A DNA stretch of 64,000 bases from the human T2T-CHM13v2.0 reference genome, Homo sapiens: NCBI RefSeq assembly GCF_009914755.1, contig NC_060936.1; one strand, given 5' to 3'. The notes below the pieces were generated by a model. The model was not told where the DNA came from and did not search any database. It worked only from the letters and a program-made list of their open reading frames with translations. Shown piece after piece: positions 24,511 to 37,365 of the stretch (position 1 is the first letter of the stretch; the number at the start of each line of letters is the position of its first letter). The position numbers were made by a program, and so were the translations under genes.

Positions 24511-25779
24511 GATTGCACATGAAAAGGTGAGGCCACCTCAAGATGACCACTATGAAGTCTGTCAAGAGCCAGGTGTACATTTCCCATTGTGGAAAGGCCA
24601 AGGAGTTAGTTGGACAGCTACCTTGAATGCTAGCATGCAGGTTTTAGCACACCCGAATAAATGAAAGATCTGATGACACAGCCAGCTCTTCCAGTGAACA
24701 AAAGCAATTTCAACATTGCTGGGTGTGTGGATAGTGCTTCTAAATGTAAGTGCTGGATTTTTCACCTTGGAAGAATGATGAATTATTGAAAAGCACTCAG
24801 CTTCATTCTTCTTTCCCCGTAACACATATTTTCTCATAGCATTTAATGTACAGGAGCCGGGAAACTTCACCAAATATTATGTATAGAAAATGCTCTATCA
24901 TCTTAAGAGTCAAGTCAGCAAGAGAGGTGACTGAAATATTTTCATAATTGGAAAGCATGGTCAGAATTTAAATAAATCATTATAGACAGTCTCCATAAAA
25001 AGCCTTAAAGCTCCCACCTAGCTCCAAATTAATGCAAAGGGAAGAATGGCACCAAATTACACACCAAACTCAAGTTATAGTAATTACTCAGACCTCAGTC
25101 AATAACCTGGCCAATTTTACATTACAGAGAAACCATACTTTGCAAGTATCCATGCCTATCATTTTATTAACATTTACAAACAAAAATGAGTTCTAACAGC
25201 TCTCTGGAGAGGCATGAAATATTTTATTTTTCTTTATTTGGAGGCAGAGACATTTGCAAGAGTCATATTAAGTACCTTTTTTAATGATTGCACCAAAAAT
25301 CAAGGCTAAAACAGAAAATCAAACTTGGTCCTGTGCTCTGGTTGAGAGGACAATAGTCATTTCCAACTTCCCAGAGGTTTGAATTCTAGCCATTGTGGGA
25401 AGACTGACAAACCTTATCTAAATTGCCATTTTTCAAAAGCTTGCTGAAAATGTGGTAGAGAAAATCATTCCCCTCCCCATCCTCACTCTTATATAAATAG
25501 AACATAGCCTCATTAGGATTTCATTTCAGATTCATTGGAAAGGACTGGGTTTTCACTTCTGAAGTTTCTGTCTAACCAGCTAGAAAGAATACCCATGGGG
25601 AATCAGAAAACATTTTTGAAAAAAAAAATAGAAACAACACTGCCTCAGTCTAGATAACATTCAATTATGCTTCTCTTTTTCTTTTTTGAAGGTATTCCCT
25701 TGAATATATTAAAAGCAAATGATTTTAAACTCACGACCACCGTCTGCTATTTAGAAGGCAGGATTCATCAGGTTGAATT

Positions 25780-26110
25780 AGAAAAATGGCACAACTGGAA
25801 AGGAACTTAGAGCTGATATAGTTTAACCTCATCCCTTTAAGAACCAATGCCCAAAGGGTTAAATAATTTGACCTAAGTGGCATAGTAAAAAAACATTGCC
25901 CTGAAATTAAATATGAGTTTGAGATTTTGATTTGAAGTCTTCTCTTTGAAATGAAATATTTAAGCTCTTAGGGAATGAACTAAATTTCAAAACTCTCAGT
26001 CCTGGTTTACTGCAGTTTAATGGTTTTCATGAAGTAGGATAATCATTCATCCAAAAGATCATGTATAAAATGTGTTTGGCATGTAAGTGCTTAATAAACA
26101 TTAGTTATTA
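25780..26110. mobile_element. MIR fragments in both orientations
   Basis: ggaaaggaacttagagctgatatagtttaacctcatc...cccaaagggttaaataatttgacctaag (minus); gtaagtgcttaataaacattagttattatt (plus). Confidence 0.5.
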
Positions 26111-26734
26111 TTGTTATGAAATAATTTTCAGCTCTTCTCAAACATTAGACATCTCTAATATGCTTGGACTTTTATGACAGAAACACCTTCCAAAGCTCAG
26201 TGCCTCAACAAGAACAATTGCTTAGCTGTGAAGCCACAGGGAAATTTAAGGACACTGGGAATGTGAGGCAACTATGCAACCCCATCATCTTTTACTGACA
26301 TTAAAACAAGAGCATCTGCCATCACAGACATCTTTGCTGGCCTATTTTAGGATACCTGAGATTCTGACTAAGAGTATGTTGCCAGGAGCTTCCCTGGGGA
26401 ATGAGGCAATCTCAAAGTGGCTGAACACATGCATGCTCAGTAGGAACACGGGATTGAACGCATCACATGTTTTTCTAGAGGCTTTGGTCTGTGTCTGAGC
26501 TGCAGTCAAGTACAACCTGATTTATGCAAACGCTGACAATACCACACCCTACTCTTCAAATCTCACCCAATAATGCCAGGTGTGGCATACCTGTCTGAGG
26601 AAGGAGGAAGATGAAAGAAAAGGGAGACTATTTCTGGATCTGGAATTTTTTCCACTCATTAGATTCTGCATGGTTGCCCCTTCATCTTTGTTGCATCTTC
26701 ACATCATGAAGGTTGTTAAGTAATCATTTACTTA

Positions 26735-26862
26735 AAGTCTATTCCTGTGAGTTCACCAAGAACAAGGACCATGCCTGTTTGGTTTATTGCTATTTCTCAG
26801 TGTGTAGCATGGTGTCTGATATGTAGCAGACACCCAGGAAATCCTGTTGAACAAATGAATGC
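26735..26862 (+). mobile_element. L2 3' terminus
   Basis: ctgtgagttcaccaagaacaaggaccatgcctgtttggtttattgct...tgttgaacaaatgaatg. Confidence 0.65.
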
Positions 26863-27664
26863 ACAACTTGCATTCTTTCTGATTAGAAATGGAGTAGCCT
26901 CAGATCTTTGCACACAGGGGATGGAGGCGGGTTGGAAGAGGCAAGTGAATTAATATTTATTGGTTATCTCCTTTGTTCAGGGCATTTTCACATGTTATTT
27001 TAGGAAATCACTCCTCAAAAAGGATGGGCAAGAAAACAGGCCAGCTGTTTGTCTGACTAACAGCCGTGTGCATTTCACTTCAAGGCATTACATTTGTTTC
27101 CTGCTTGCTTTTCCTACTGTTCATCTGGGAGTGCTCAAATTTGGAGTCACTTTAGTTAAGCGCTAATTAACCAATTAGCAATTGTCAAATTTTTTCCCTT
27201 TCTTTTTAAAGAAAAGGATTCATGGATGCATTTCAATGTTACATTTCTGTCTAGGAATTGGCTTATGCATGTGGAAATGCTATATTCGTAAATAAAATAT
27301 AGATGTAAAATTCTATTTCCTCCTGCTCCCTAAAATCATAGACTCTGACTGAGTCCCAAAGCCCTAGTCCATCTTGTAGGTGATAGTATTTGCTCCCTTC
27401 AAAAGTTTCCCTGACCACAAGAGAAAAAATATAGGTGTGGATAAACTGTTTAAGTAAATAGATATAGATGTAATAGGTAGAGAAACAATTTCCCATTTCT
27501 GTTCTGTTTCTAGTTTATGATATGTTTAGATTGCTGATAAAATGTAGTTCAAAGACAATTGAACTAAAATAAAAGTGGCAGCAGCCATTTCTTTGTAGCA
27601 CATCACGTGTTTAAGGAATTATCCCATTTGCTGGCTTTCTCTAGATAAGCCACAGTTCTGGTGA

Positions 27665-27830
27665 CGTTACCACTTATTAGCTCTATGACACTGAACAATT
27701 TCTGTTGCCTCATTTGTAAAATACGGATAATAACTGTGACATTTAAGTTAGATAATACATATAAATTGTTCTTCACAGTGCCTGGTGCATAGCTACATAC
27801 CAAATAAAAAGATCCCCTATTAGTAGTCAC
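27665..27830 (+). mobile_element. MIR
   Basis: ccacttattagctctatgac...cctcatttgtaaaatacggataataac...cacagtgcctggtgcatag. Confidence 0.65.
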
Positions 27831-28135
27831 TCAAGAAACATTTATTGAACATTCATATACAGTAGGCATGAAGGTCAATGTTGGAGATTTGAAGTCCATT
27901 TGAAGTTACCGAAAGTTAATTTTTGTTACTTGCAACCAAAAATCGTAGCAAATATTACTGTCTTCCTTTTGACTGGGTAACATAAAACTGAGATAGTTCA
28001 TGGTGTCTTTGCTGTAATCTGAAACTGAGGAGAGATGTCTTCTCTCCCCCAGGAAAAATGTAGGCCTGGAGAAGAAGCACTTGGCTTGCTGCAGAAAACA
28101 TTTGAATGGTTGTAGAAGACACTTGTGGTAAGTGC

Positions 28136-28274
28136 AGGAAGAAAGAAAGAAGAAACAAAGAAGGAAAGAAAGAAAGAGAAAGAAAGAAAGAGAGAGAGAG
28201 AAAGGAAGGAAGGAAAGAAAAGAAGGAAGGAAGAGAGAAAGGAAGGAAGGAAGAAAGAGAAAGAAAGAAAGAAA

Positions 28275-28338
<64 letters not shown>

Positions 28339-28360
28339 AAAGAAAGAAAGAAAGTAAGAA
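28136..28360 (+). repeat. (GAAA)n/(GGAA)n compound polypurine microsatellite
   Basis: Purine-only run 28157-28354 including a long perfect (GAAA)n block. Confidence 0.97.
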
Positions 28361-29110
28361 AAGTTTGATTAAGGATAGTAAGTGTGTACTAGGGCCTACC
28401 CTGATATTTTTAGGCCTGGAGTCTGAAGCAGTGATTTCGTTTTTATGTCAGCTCTGACAACTTTGGGGCATAAACATGACTCTGCTTTAAAAACATACAT
28501 ATATACTCACACACCAGGAAAGGACTCCAGGAAATATTTCATTTAGTTCTTAATATATTTAAATTATAAAGCATAAATGAATAGTTAAATGAAAACATAA
28601 TTATATAAATTACTAGCCAGTGACAGCCATTAGCAGGAATGCAGACATCACTTAATGTTTAGTCTCAATCTTACTCTGTCTATTCTATTATATGGAATGG
28701 AGGAATGCCAGAATATGAATTTTATTATTTCAAGGCGAAGGTTAGTAAGATGAAGGAAATGAGGGGTCCTTAGTAAGCTGATATAGTTTGTATATTTGTT
28801 GCTGCCCACATTTCATGTTCAGAAGGTATAAATAGGCTTCAAATTGGATCCAGCTAGGCATCAGTTCTTCAGCTCATCTTCAAAGATAGGCATGAGTCAC
28901 TATGCAGTGTTATGCAGGTTATCTATCCTAAATGCAGACCTAGGGGAAATGAATAAATTCATTGAAAATGTTTTGTAGGAGGATTAAATGAGATGTATAT
29001 GAGAGGCATGTTAGAAAGGTTTCTGGAAACATGGCTGCCTGAATGCAGCCTCTTTCCTCTCCTCAACAACTCCAAGGTGCTTTGCTATCTGGAATCAAGC
29101 AGCTGCTGTG

Positions 29111-29203
29111 ATTTATTGGTTATTTAACCAATAAATATTATTTATTGGCTATTTAACCAATAATAAATAATAAATATTATTTATTGGTTAAATAACCAAT
29201 AAA
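29111..29203. repeat. Three copies of a ~26-bp palindrome (atttattggtta-NN-taaccaataaat)
   Basis: Copies at 29111-29136, ~29140-29163 and ~29179-29203; 12-bp arms, 2-nt loop. Confidence 0.85.
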
Positions 29204-29389
29204 GTTAAAAGGGGGAAATAAAATCAAGTATACAGGTTATTCTGCTACATGCACATGAAAAATTTAAAGACAGAAACTGTCATATTTTCCTGAAAACAGA
29301 GCAATAAGACTTCTATATTGTTCATAAGTAACCTGCACAAAATAATTAATAATGAAATTCTTATTTAAAAAGAAGACTGATAGATAAAA

Positions 29390-30145
29390 ACCACTAGGCA
29401 AATGCAAACAAAAAGAAAATAAGAGCATCAATATTAAAATCAGTCAAAATGGAAGTTAGGGTTAAAGGTACTAAACAGGCTAGAGAAAAGCATTGTACAA
29501 TGGAGGGAGTTTCCATAGGAAAGAAGAAAGAGAATAGAGACAATATTTTAATAGATAAGAAATAAAAATTTTCCAAAATTGATGAAAGACATCAAGCTAC
29601 TGATTCAAGAACTGCTACAAACCCCAATCAGAATAAACAGTAAAAACAGGTACTTCATAGTGAAACTGCTTAAAAACAAAAATGAGAGGAAAGCATTAAG
29701 ACAGCCAGAAGAAATAGGACTATTGTAATATAGCAGAGCAATGACAAAAGTCAGAGGATATTGGAATGATACCTTTCACAGAAGAGAATAACACAAAAAA
29801 TGGGAGGGGAGGGCTAATAAAAGTTCTGCAGTTCTAAATTGCTAGGGAAATGGGAAAAGTAATCATTTTTATTATACCATAATAAGTCATTACACTGGAC
29901 ATAAAGGGAAAAAGCAAGTATATGCAGCTTACCAGAATCATGCATTAAAAATAAGATTAAAAACCAAAGGTAGAGAAAAGACGTATAATACAAACACTTT
30001 AAGAAAAATTAAGGCATCACCATGAGGCAATGTAAGACTGTAAGGAAAACAGTATTATTTAAGATAAAGAGACATCCTACAAGGATAAAATATTAATCTA
30101 CTAAGAATACCTTACAACTTTAAATCTATATGAATCCAATGATAT
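29390..30145 (+). mobile_element. Old L1M ORF1/ORF2 fragments
   Basis: ttttccaaaattgatgaaagacatcaagc...gattcaagaa (ORF1 region) and caaatgcaaacaaaaagaaa...atattaaaatcag (endonuclease region), A-rich. Confidence 0.6.
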
Positions 30146-31633
30146 AATGAGAGCAGGCAACTGCCTTTTCTGATTGAGAACTTGGCTGGAAACCCCCACT
30201 AACTAGAAACTGCTGTTGGAACCAGGATCAAGGACAGGTATGGCAGTCTTATCATTGGTAGTCCCTGATCCTCTCTGCCCTTTTAATATGAGTGACCTTT
30301 GATGTCTGGGAAGTAGCTAAAGATTATTGTTGTTTTTATTTTATTTTGTTTTTAGACTATTTCTCACTAGACAGATGTCCTGCATGCTGACTCACACTAG
30401 GTAGCAAGATTTTAAATTGTATCCAGACCATCCGATTTCTGGTAAAGGATATGGCCCATGGTTATAGAGCTTACATGAAAATATCTTCCTTGCCTTCAAG
30501 CAACATTTACTTTGGGGAAGACCAACCTTTAAAAGTGACTAAAATACAAGACATGGTATGATAAATGTGGTAAGAATGGTAGAAACAAAAAATGTATAAA
30601 AGGCATAAGATGTTATATATTCTAAAGAAAGTTAGAAATAAAGGCAAAACTCAAGTATCAAAAAAACGAATTCAAAGTTGCTAACTCAAATGCAACATGA
30701 GAGTAAGTCAGAATTTTATTTTCCATTTAGTGCCAGAATCACCACAAAGATAAAATGCAGCAATAAGAATATCAGATCTCCATGGGTCCTACTAGTCAGG
30801 CATCCCATCCTCTCAATATTTGCATTTAAGTATAGTTTAGATCTACTTTTAAAATTGTGATTTAACATAAAAAGATGTAGAGGATCAAAATGTAAAAACA
30901 CGAAGGCACCTATGAGAACCTTGCCTCACACAGCTTTCCATGGGAACTGGCTTGCTTGGCCGAGGAGTCTGATTTCTACATTCTCTGCTGAGCCTTCAGT
31001 AAGTGTGCATCTCTTTGGAGGGAATACAAACAGAGAGCTCTCACTGTCTTCAAAGGGCTGCCATGCTGAGTCAACTCAATAGGACAAAAAGAACAAAGTG
31101 AGACAAGCTGCAGCCTTCCAAATAGCATCCTGCAAGCCCCTCCACCTGCAAGTTGCAGGGCAGGATTCTAAAAAGAAAAAAAAAAAACAAGGGAGTTCAG
31201 AGAATTGTCTGTTTAATTTTCATCATCCCTAATGTAAACTGGGCTAAAGTGGTCATAGACCAGGCCCAGCAGATTCCAGCATCCTGTTTTTTTCATGCAC
31301 TTGGACATAAGCTGAACCACAGCTCTGGGTTTAAGACTTAGCCTTATATTCCTTGCATAAATGACAGGCCAATTGAAACTCATTTATAGTGAACAGCATG
31401 TCCAAAATAGGACCAAGAGGCAAAACTAAGTTCTTTTAATGTTACTCTTTAATTCTGCATATTGCCCTTGTCTGCTTATCCAGGGAAAATAGAGATTTGG
31501 AGTAAGAATCAGAAAAGATTCTTGATGTTGTTTATTGTATATCTGTGTGTCTATAGAGAGAAGGAGAGATTAATTAATTAGCTTAGTTACACAAGCAAGA
31601 TATGTTTTTAAATTATGGATTCTGGGGATTCTG

Positions 31634-31634
31634 G

Positions 31635-31665
<31 letters not shown>

Positions 31666-31700
31666 ATGTGTATGCACACACATACACACCCATACACACA
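31634..31700. repeat. (TC)n(TG)n(CA)n compound microsatellite
   Basis: tctctctctctctctctgtgtgtgtgtgtg...cacacacatacacac. Confidence 0.85.
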
Positions 31701-31714
31701 TGGAGAGGAAGATG

Positions 31715-32910
31715 TGTCACAATGAACACAACAAAATTTCTGACCTTTGGGAACTTAATTTCTAGGTGAAAACAGTAAGCAGATAAATTGATAATATATA
31801 ATATGTTGGGAGTGATCCATGCTATAAAGAAAAAATAAAACAGAGTAATAGAGATTGAGAGTGACAGACAGTGAGGTAGTTACTATTTTTACATAAAGAG
31901 ATTGTCAGAGAAGGCCCCATTGATAAAGTGAGATTTGAAGAGTTGTGAAGAAAATGAAGGAACCAACCATTAGGATATCTGTAGACACAGCAAAGGACCA
32001 GAAGTCCAGCAGAGGGCATAGTAAGTGAAAATGAGGTGAAGTATGTTTAGTGTGTGTAAGGAACAATGAAAAAGCCACCAGGGCTAGCCAGAGTGAAATG
32101 ATAAAGGGAGAGACAAGAGGGAAAGAGAGAATGTCTCCGAGTGATACAGAGGAATAATCACAAGGTGCCTTGGAGTCCATGGTAAAAACGTCAGCTCTTA
32201 TTCTGTGTGAGTCCATTGGTGGATTTCGAATGAGAAGTGACATGATATGATGTACATTTTAAAATGATCAACCTGGTTGGCCAACAGAAAACAGACAAAA
32301 TTGGAACAAGAGCTAAAGCTGGGAGATCAAAAATGTAGAAGGCTATTGTAATAACCCAGGCAAGTGGTGATGGTAGCTTAAACTAGTGTGATAACATGTT
32401 GTGACCACTTCAGACAAACAGGATGTTCTTCCAATCAAAGTTTCATTTAGATATCGAGACTGATGTTGACACACACTCATACAAACAGGGCATAAAAAGA
32501 TTTATTACTCACATATTAAGGCTTGAGGAAAAACAAGGCAAGCCTCCCAAGTTGGTCCAAAGAGGGCCAAATCTGCCCTTGAGAGAGAGCAGGGAAAGCA
32601 GACTGACTTGGAGTTTTGATGGTAGTTAGAAATTGGGGATGGATTGAGAGTTCCCACGCATGCTTTGAACTTCCTGCTACTGCCAAAGGAGGGAGTATCT
32701 AGGACTTTCTCATCAGCTTCTCTGATGTAGAGCAGAAGGCAAACAGGGAGGGGTGAGGCTTCAAAATATGAACAAATGAAGCCAGACTTTTATACAATGG
32801 TGGAGATAACAAGAGGTATCAGATTCTGGAACTACTTTTTTTAAGAAAGAGGTATAATATTTATAATTGGAATGGGATTTGGGGGGTAAGAGAGGTAGAA
32901 GGTAAGGATA
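31715..32910 (-). mobile_element. L2a fragment interrupted by an LTR
   Basis: gtcagagaaggccccattgataaagtgagatttgaag; agaagtgacatgatatgatgtacattttaaaatgatca; ggctattgtaataacccaggcaag; resumes after 32796. Confidence 0.75.
32400..32796 (-). mobile_element. ERVL-type solo LTR (LTR47-like)
   Basis: TG...CA termini; tttattactcacat (minus-strand AATAAA); tgccaaaggagggag...ttctcatcagctt...gagggg tgaggctt. Confidence 0.65.
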
Positions 32911-33171
32911 ATTCCCCCTTTCACTATAGCTTAGCAAATAAAAAATGTAAAATAATAAAAATGTAAAAAATTAATCAAAAAGCTACTTTATTTGTTCTTG
33001 GATTTCCCCCACTTTTAGATTGAAGATTTTATTGAAATATAAGAACCAAATCCTTTACTTCTCTTTAGTCCTCTCTAACTTCTCCAACAATTTTCCCTGG
33101 GAATAAAGACAGTGCTTTGCAAATAGGAATGTACAAAAGGGGTTTGTTGATTGAAAAGACGTGTAACAATT

Positions 33172-35960
33172 TAGTCACGTGTCACTTAACAGGGATACTT
33201 TTCTAAGAAATCAGTCATTAGGCAATTTCATTGTTGTACAAACATCAGAGTGTACTTACAGAAGCCTATGTGGTATAGCCTACTCTACACCTAGGCTAGA
33301 TGGCATAGCCTATTGCTGCTATGCTACAAATTTGTACAGCAAGTGATATGGTTTGGATTTGCATTCCTACCCAAATCTCATGTCAAATTGTAATCTCCAT
33401 TGCTGGAGGTGAGGCTTCAGGGGAGGTGACTGGATTATGGAGGACGTTTCTCATGGTTTAACACCATCCTCCTTGGTGCTGTTGTTGCAATAGTGAGTTC
33501 TTGTGAGATCTGATTGTTTAAAAGTGTGTAGGTCCTCACCCTTTCTCTCTTGCTCCTACTCCAGCCATGTAAGATATGCCTGCTTCCCCTTTATCTTCTA
33601 CCATGATTGTATGGTTTCTGAGGCCTCCTCAGAAGTCAAGCAGATGCCAGCACAATGCTTCCTGTACAGCCTGCAGAACCATGAGCCAATTACACCTCTT
33701 TTATTTATAAATTACCCAGTCTCAGGTATTTCTTTATAGCAATGTGAGAACTGACTATTACAGAAAATTGGTAGCAAGGAGTGGGTCATTGTTATAAAGG
33801 TACCTACAAATGTTTAAGTGACTTTGAAATTGGGTAATGGACAGAGATTGGAAGAGTTTAGAAGTTTCAGAAAAAGACAGACAGATGATAAAAATTTGGA
33901 ACTTACTAGAGACTTGTTCAATGGTTGTGACCAAAATGGTGATAGTGATATGGACAATGAAGACCAGGCTGATGAGGTCTCAGATGGAAATGAGGAAACT
34001 ATTGGGAACTGGAGTAATGATCACTTTTGCTATACCTTAGCAAACAGCCTGGCTGCGTTGTGCCCCTGCTCTAGGGATATGCAGACTTTGGACTTGAGAG
34101 TGATACTTTAGGGTATCTGGCAGAAGAAATTTCTAAGGAGCAAAGGGTTCAAGATGTAGCCTTGCTGCTTCTATAAACCTATAAACCTATGCTCATATGC
34201 ATGAGCAAAGAAATGATCTGAAATTGGAAGTTATATTTAAAAGGGAAGCAGAATGTAAAAAGTTTGAAAAATTTGCAGCATGGCCATGTGGTAGACAATA
34301 AAAACCAATTTTCAGGAGGAAGAATTCAAGCAGACTGCAGAAATTTGCCTAAGTCAAAAGGAGCCAAGTGCTAATAGCCAAGACGATGGGGAAAAGGCCT
34401 AGAAGGCATTTCGGGGACCTTTGCAGCAGCTGCTCCCATCACAGTCCCAGATGCCTAGGAGGGAAAAATGGTTTTATGGGCCAGGCCTAGGGACACTGCT
34501 CCTCATATCCCAGTCACTCCAGACATGGCTCACACAGGCCCAAGTACAGCTCAGGCTGCTGCTTTAGAGGGTACAAGCTGTAAACCTTGGTGGCTGCCAC
34601 ATGATGTTAAGTCTACAGGTACATAGAGTGTAAGAGTTGAGGCTTGGGAGCCTCTGCCTAGATTTCAGAGGATGTATGGAAAAGCCTGGGTGTCCAGAAA
34701 TAATCCTGCTTCAGGGGCAGAACCTTCATGGAGAACCTCTTCTAGAACAGTGTGGAGGGGAAATGTGAGGTTGGAGCCCCCAGGCAGAGTTCCCATTGCT
34801 GCACTGCCTAGTAGAACTGTGAGAAGAGGGCCATCGTCCTCCAGACTCCAGAATGGTAGATCCACCAGCAGCAAAATGGTAGATCCACCCTGCACCTGGA
34901 ACAGCCACAGGCACTCAACACTACCATGAGAGCAGCCACAGAGGCTGAACCCTACAAAGCCACAGGGCAGAGCTTCCCAAGGCCTTGGGAACTCAACTCT
35001 GACACCAGTCTACCCTGGATGTGGGAAACGGAGTCAAAGAAGATTATTTTGGAGCTTTAAGATTCAATGACTGCCCTACTGCGTTTTGGACTTGCATGAG
35101 GATTATAGTCACTTTGCTTTGGCCAATTTCTCCCTTTTGGAACAGGAATATTTACTTAGTGCTTTTATCCCCATTGTATCTTGGAAGTAACTAAATTGTT
35201 TTTTATTTTACAGGTTCATAGTAGGAAGGGACTAACCTTGTCTCAGATGAGACTTTGACATTTGGACTTTCGAGTTAATGCTGAAATGAGATAAGACTCT
35301 GGGCGACTGTTGGGAATGCATGATAGTGTTTTGAAATGTGAGAAGAACACGAGATTTGGGAGGAGAAGAGGGTAGAATGATATGGTTTGGAGACATGCTC
35401 CGATGCAAATTTCATGTCAAATTGTAATCCCCAATGTTGGAGGTAGGGGCTTGTGAGGCGGACTGGATCATAGAAGCAGTTTCTCGTGGTTTAACACCAT
35501 CTGCCTTGGTGCTTTTGTTGCAATAGTGAGTTCTTATTAGATCTGGTTGTTTAAAAGTATAGCACTTCCCCCGTCTCTTGTTGCTGTTCAGGCCATGTAA
35601 GATGTGGTTGCTTCCCCTTAGCCTTCTGCCATAATTTTAAGTTTCCTGAGGCCTCCCCAGAAGCCCAGCAGATGCCAACATCAGGCTTCCTGTACAGCTT
35701 GCAGAAATGTGAGCCAATCACACCTCTTTTCTTTATAAATCACCTGGTCTCAGGCATTTCTTTATAGCAATGTGAGAACTGATTATTATAGCATGTTACT
35801 GTACTGAATACTGTAGGCAATTATAACACAATAGTAAGTATTTGCATATCTAAACATAGAAGAGGTATGGTAAAAATATAATATTATAATGTCACGGGAC
35901 TACTACCATTGTATATGTATTCTGCCATTGACCTAAAGGTCATTATGTGGCATATGACTG
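33172..35960 (-). mobile_element. Tigger3a (MER7/Golem-type) TcMar MITE split by MSTA
   Basis: TIR-like ends tagtcacgtgtcacttaac / ttatgtggcatatgactg+TA; halves 33172-33343 and 35791-35960 join across TSD gcaag/gcatg. Confidence 0.85.
33344..35790 (+). mobile_element. Full-length MSTA MaLR element (LTR 33344-33762, internal 33763-35377, LTR 35378-35790)
   Basis: Two homologous LTRs starting tgatatggtttgga; MaLR internal (gaggtctcagatggaaatgaggaa, ttggagcccccaggcagag); PPT; 5-bp TSD. Confidence 0.93.
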
Positions 35961-36184
35961 TATATAGTACAGCACTATCTTGACTTAAAACTACATGCCA
36001 CACTGCTTATAGCTCAAGCTGAACACTGACTTTAGTGAAAATTTCTGAAATGCTCTCAATTATGAAACTGGTATTTCATAGCACTATTTATTACAGATAT
36101 ATTTAAATATCTGGGGTATAATAATCTTTTACTTACAACTTTTATTTCAAAAGTGACCTTTTATTATTTTATAGCTAATTAAGA

Positions 36185-36360
36185 AGGCAGCTGTGCTATA
36201 ATGAAAGTGTCCTAAAATAGAAACCTAAAATTCTGTTTCTTATTCTCATTTTTGCCATAAACTAAGTGAGTGTATGGTCCTGGGTACCTCAGTTCTCTTC
36301 TCTGAGTCTCATTAGTGAAATGAGGGAACTGGATTCACTAAATCTCAGGATTATTTTTTC
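36185..36360 (+). mobile_element. MIR fragment
   Basis: ggcagctgtgctataatgaaag...tttgccataaactaagtgagtg...gtgaaatgagggaactgga. Confidence 0.55.
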
Positions 36361-36815
36361 GGTGAAACTCTGCAAGTACTGACAGCAAATGCAAATGTTT
36401 CAAGAACATTTGAACAATTGTGTGGATTCACACAGTTACTTCTAATAAGATCCATTACTTTTCTCTGTCTTGTCAAATACAAGGGAAAAGGTTTTAGGAT
36501 TAGTTATATTCAGAGGACACATGTAGTCCCCAAGTTAGAAATTTTATGATAATTATTTTAAAGTAATTTTTTTAAAAAAATGAAACCATAAATGTCTATC
36601 GTAGAATATAGAAAAATGATAAACAGTATATAAGAATATTTAATAAAAATGAATAGAATTGGCTGTGTCCTGCAATTCCTGATTTCTTGTGATTTAGAAA
36701 TAGTAAGGTAAATAGAACCTGTATGTTATTAAAATTTAACATTCAAATACTTTGTATACTTATAGTCAAGTGTGTTTTAAAAGTCAGTAAATCAGAGTTT
36801 GAAAAATAAAAGTTA

Positions 36816-37124
36816 ATGGATGAGGCTGGAAGCCATCATCCTCAGCAAACTAACACAAGAACAGAAAACCAAACACTGCATGTTCTCACTCATAAGTGGG
36901 AGTTGAACAATGAGAACACATGGACACAGGGAAAGGAATAACACACACCAGGGCCTGTGGGTGGGGGTTGGCAAGAGGAAGGACAGCATCAGGACAAATA
37001 GCTAATGCATGTGAGGTTTAAAACCTAGATGACAGTTTGATAGGTGCAGCAAACCACCATGACACTCATATGCCTATGTAACAAACCTGCACATTCTGCA
37101 CATGTATCCCAGAACGTAAAGTAA
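36816..37124 (+). mobile_element. 5'-truncated L1PA (about PA7-PA8) 3' end
   Basis: ctggaagccatcatcctcagcaaactaacac...catgttctcactcataagtgggagttgaacaatgagaacacatggacacaggg...gtaacaaacctgcacattctgcacatgtatcccagaac. Confidence 0.92.
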
Positions 37125-37325
37125 TATATATATACACACACACACATATATATGTGTGCATATATATACACACACACATATATGCATAGGTATATATATA
37201 TGCACACATATATATGTATATATATACGTGTATATATACATATGTATACATATATATGTATATGTGACTTTTAGGTAGTCTTACCTTTCAGCAGGTCAAA
37301 AACACACACATACACATATATATGT

Positions 37326-37362
<37 letters not shown>
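37124..37362. repeat. (TA)n/(CA)n/(TATG)n microsatellite complex
   Basis: Directly visible dinucleotide runs following the L1 3' end. Confidence 0.9.

Positions 37363-37365
<3 letters not shown>

Noticed and set aside
28106-28457. K/E/R-rich ORFs in three frames
   Set aside because: Translation of the (GAAA)n microsatellite
29111-29203. Palindromic repeats resembling a CRISPR array
   Set aside because: Primate DNA, no unique spacers of regular length, no cas genes
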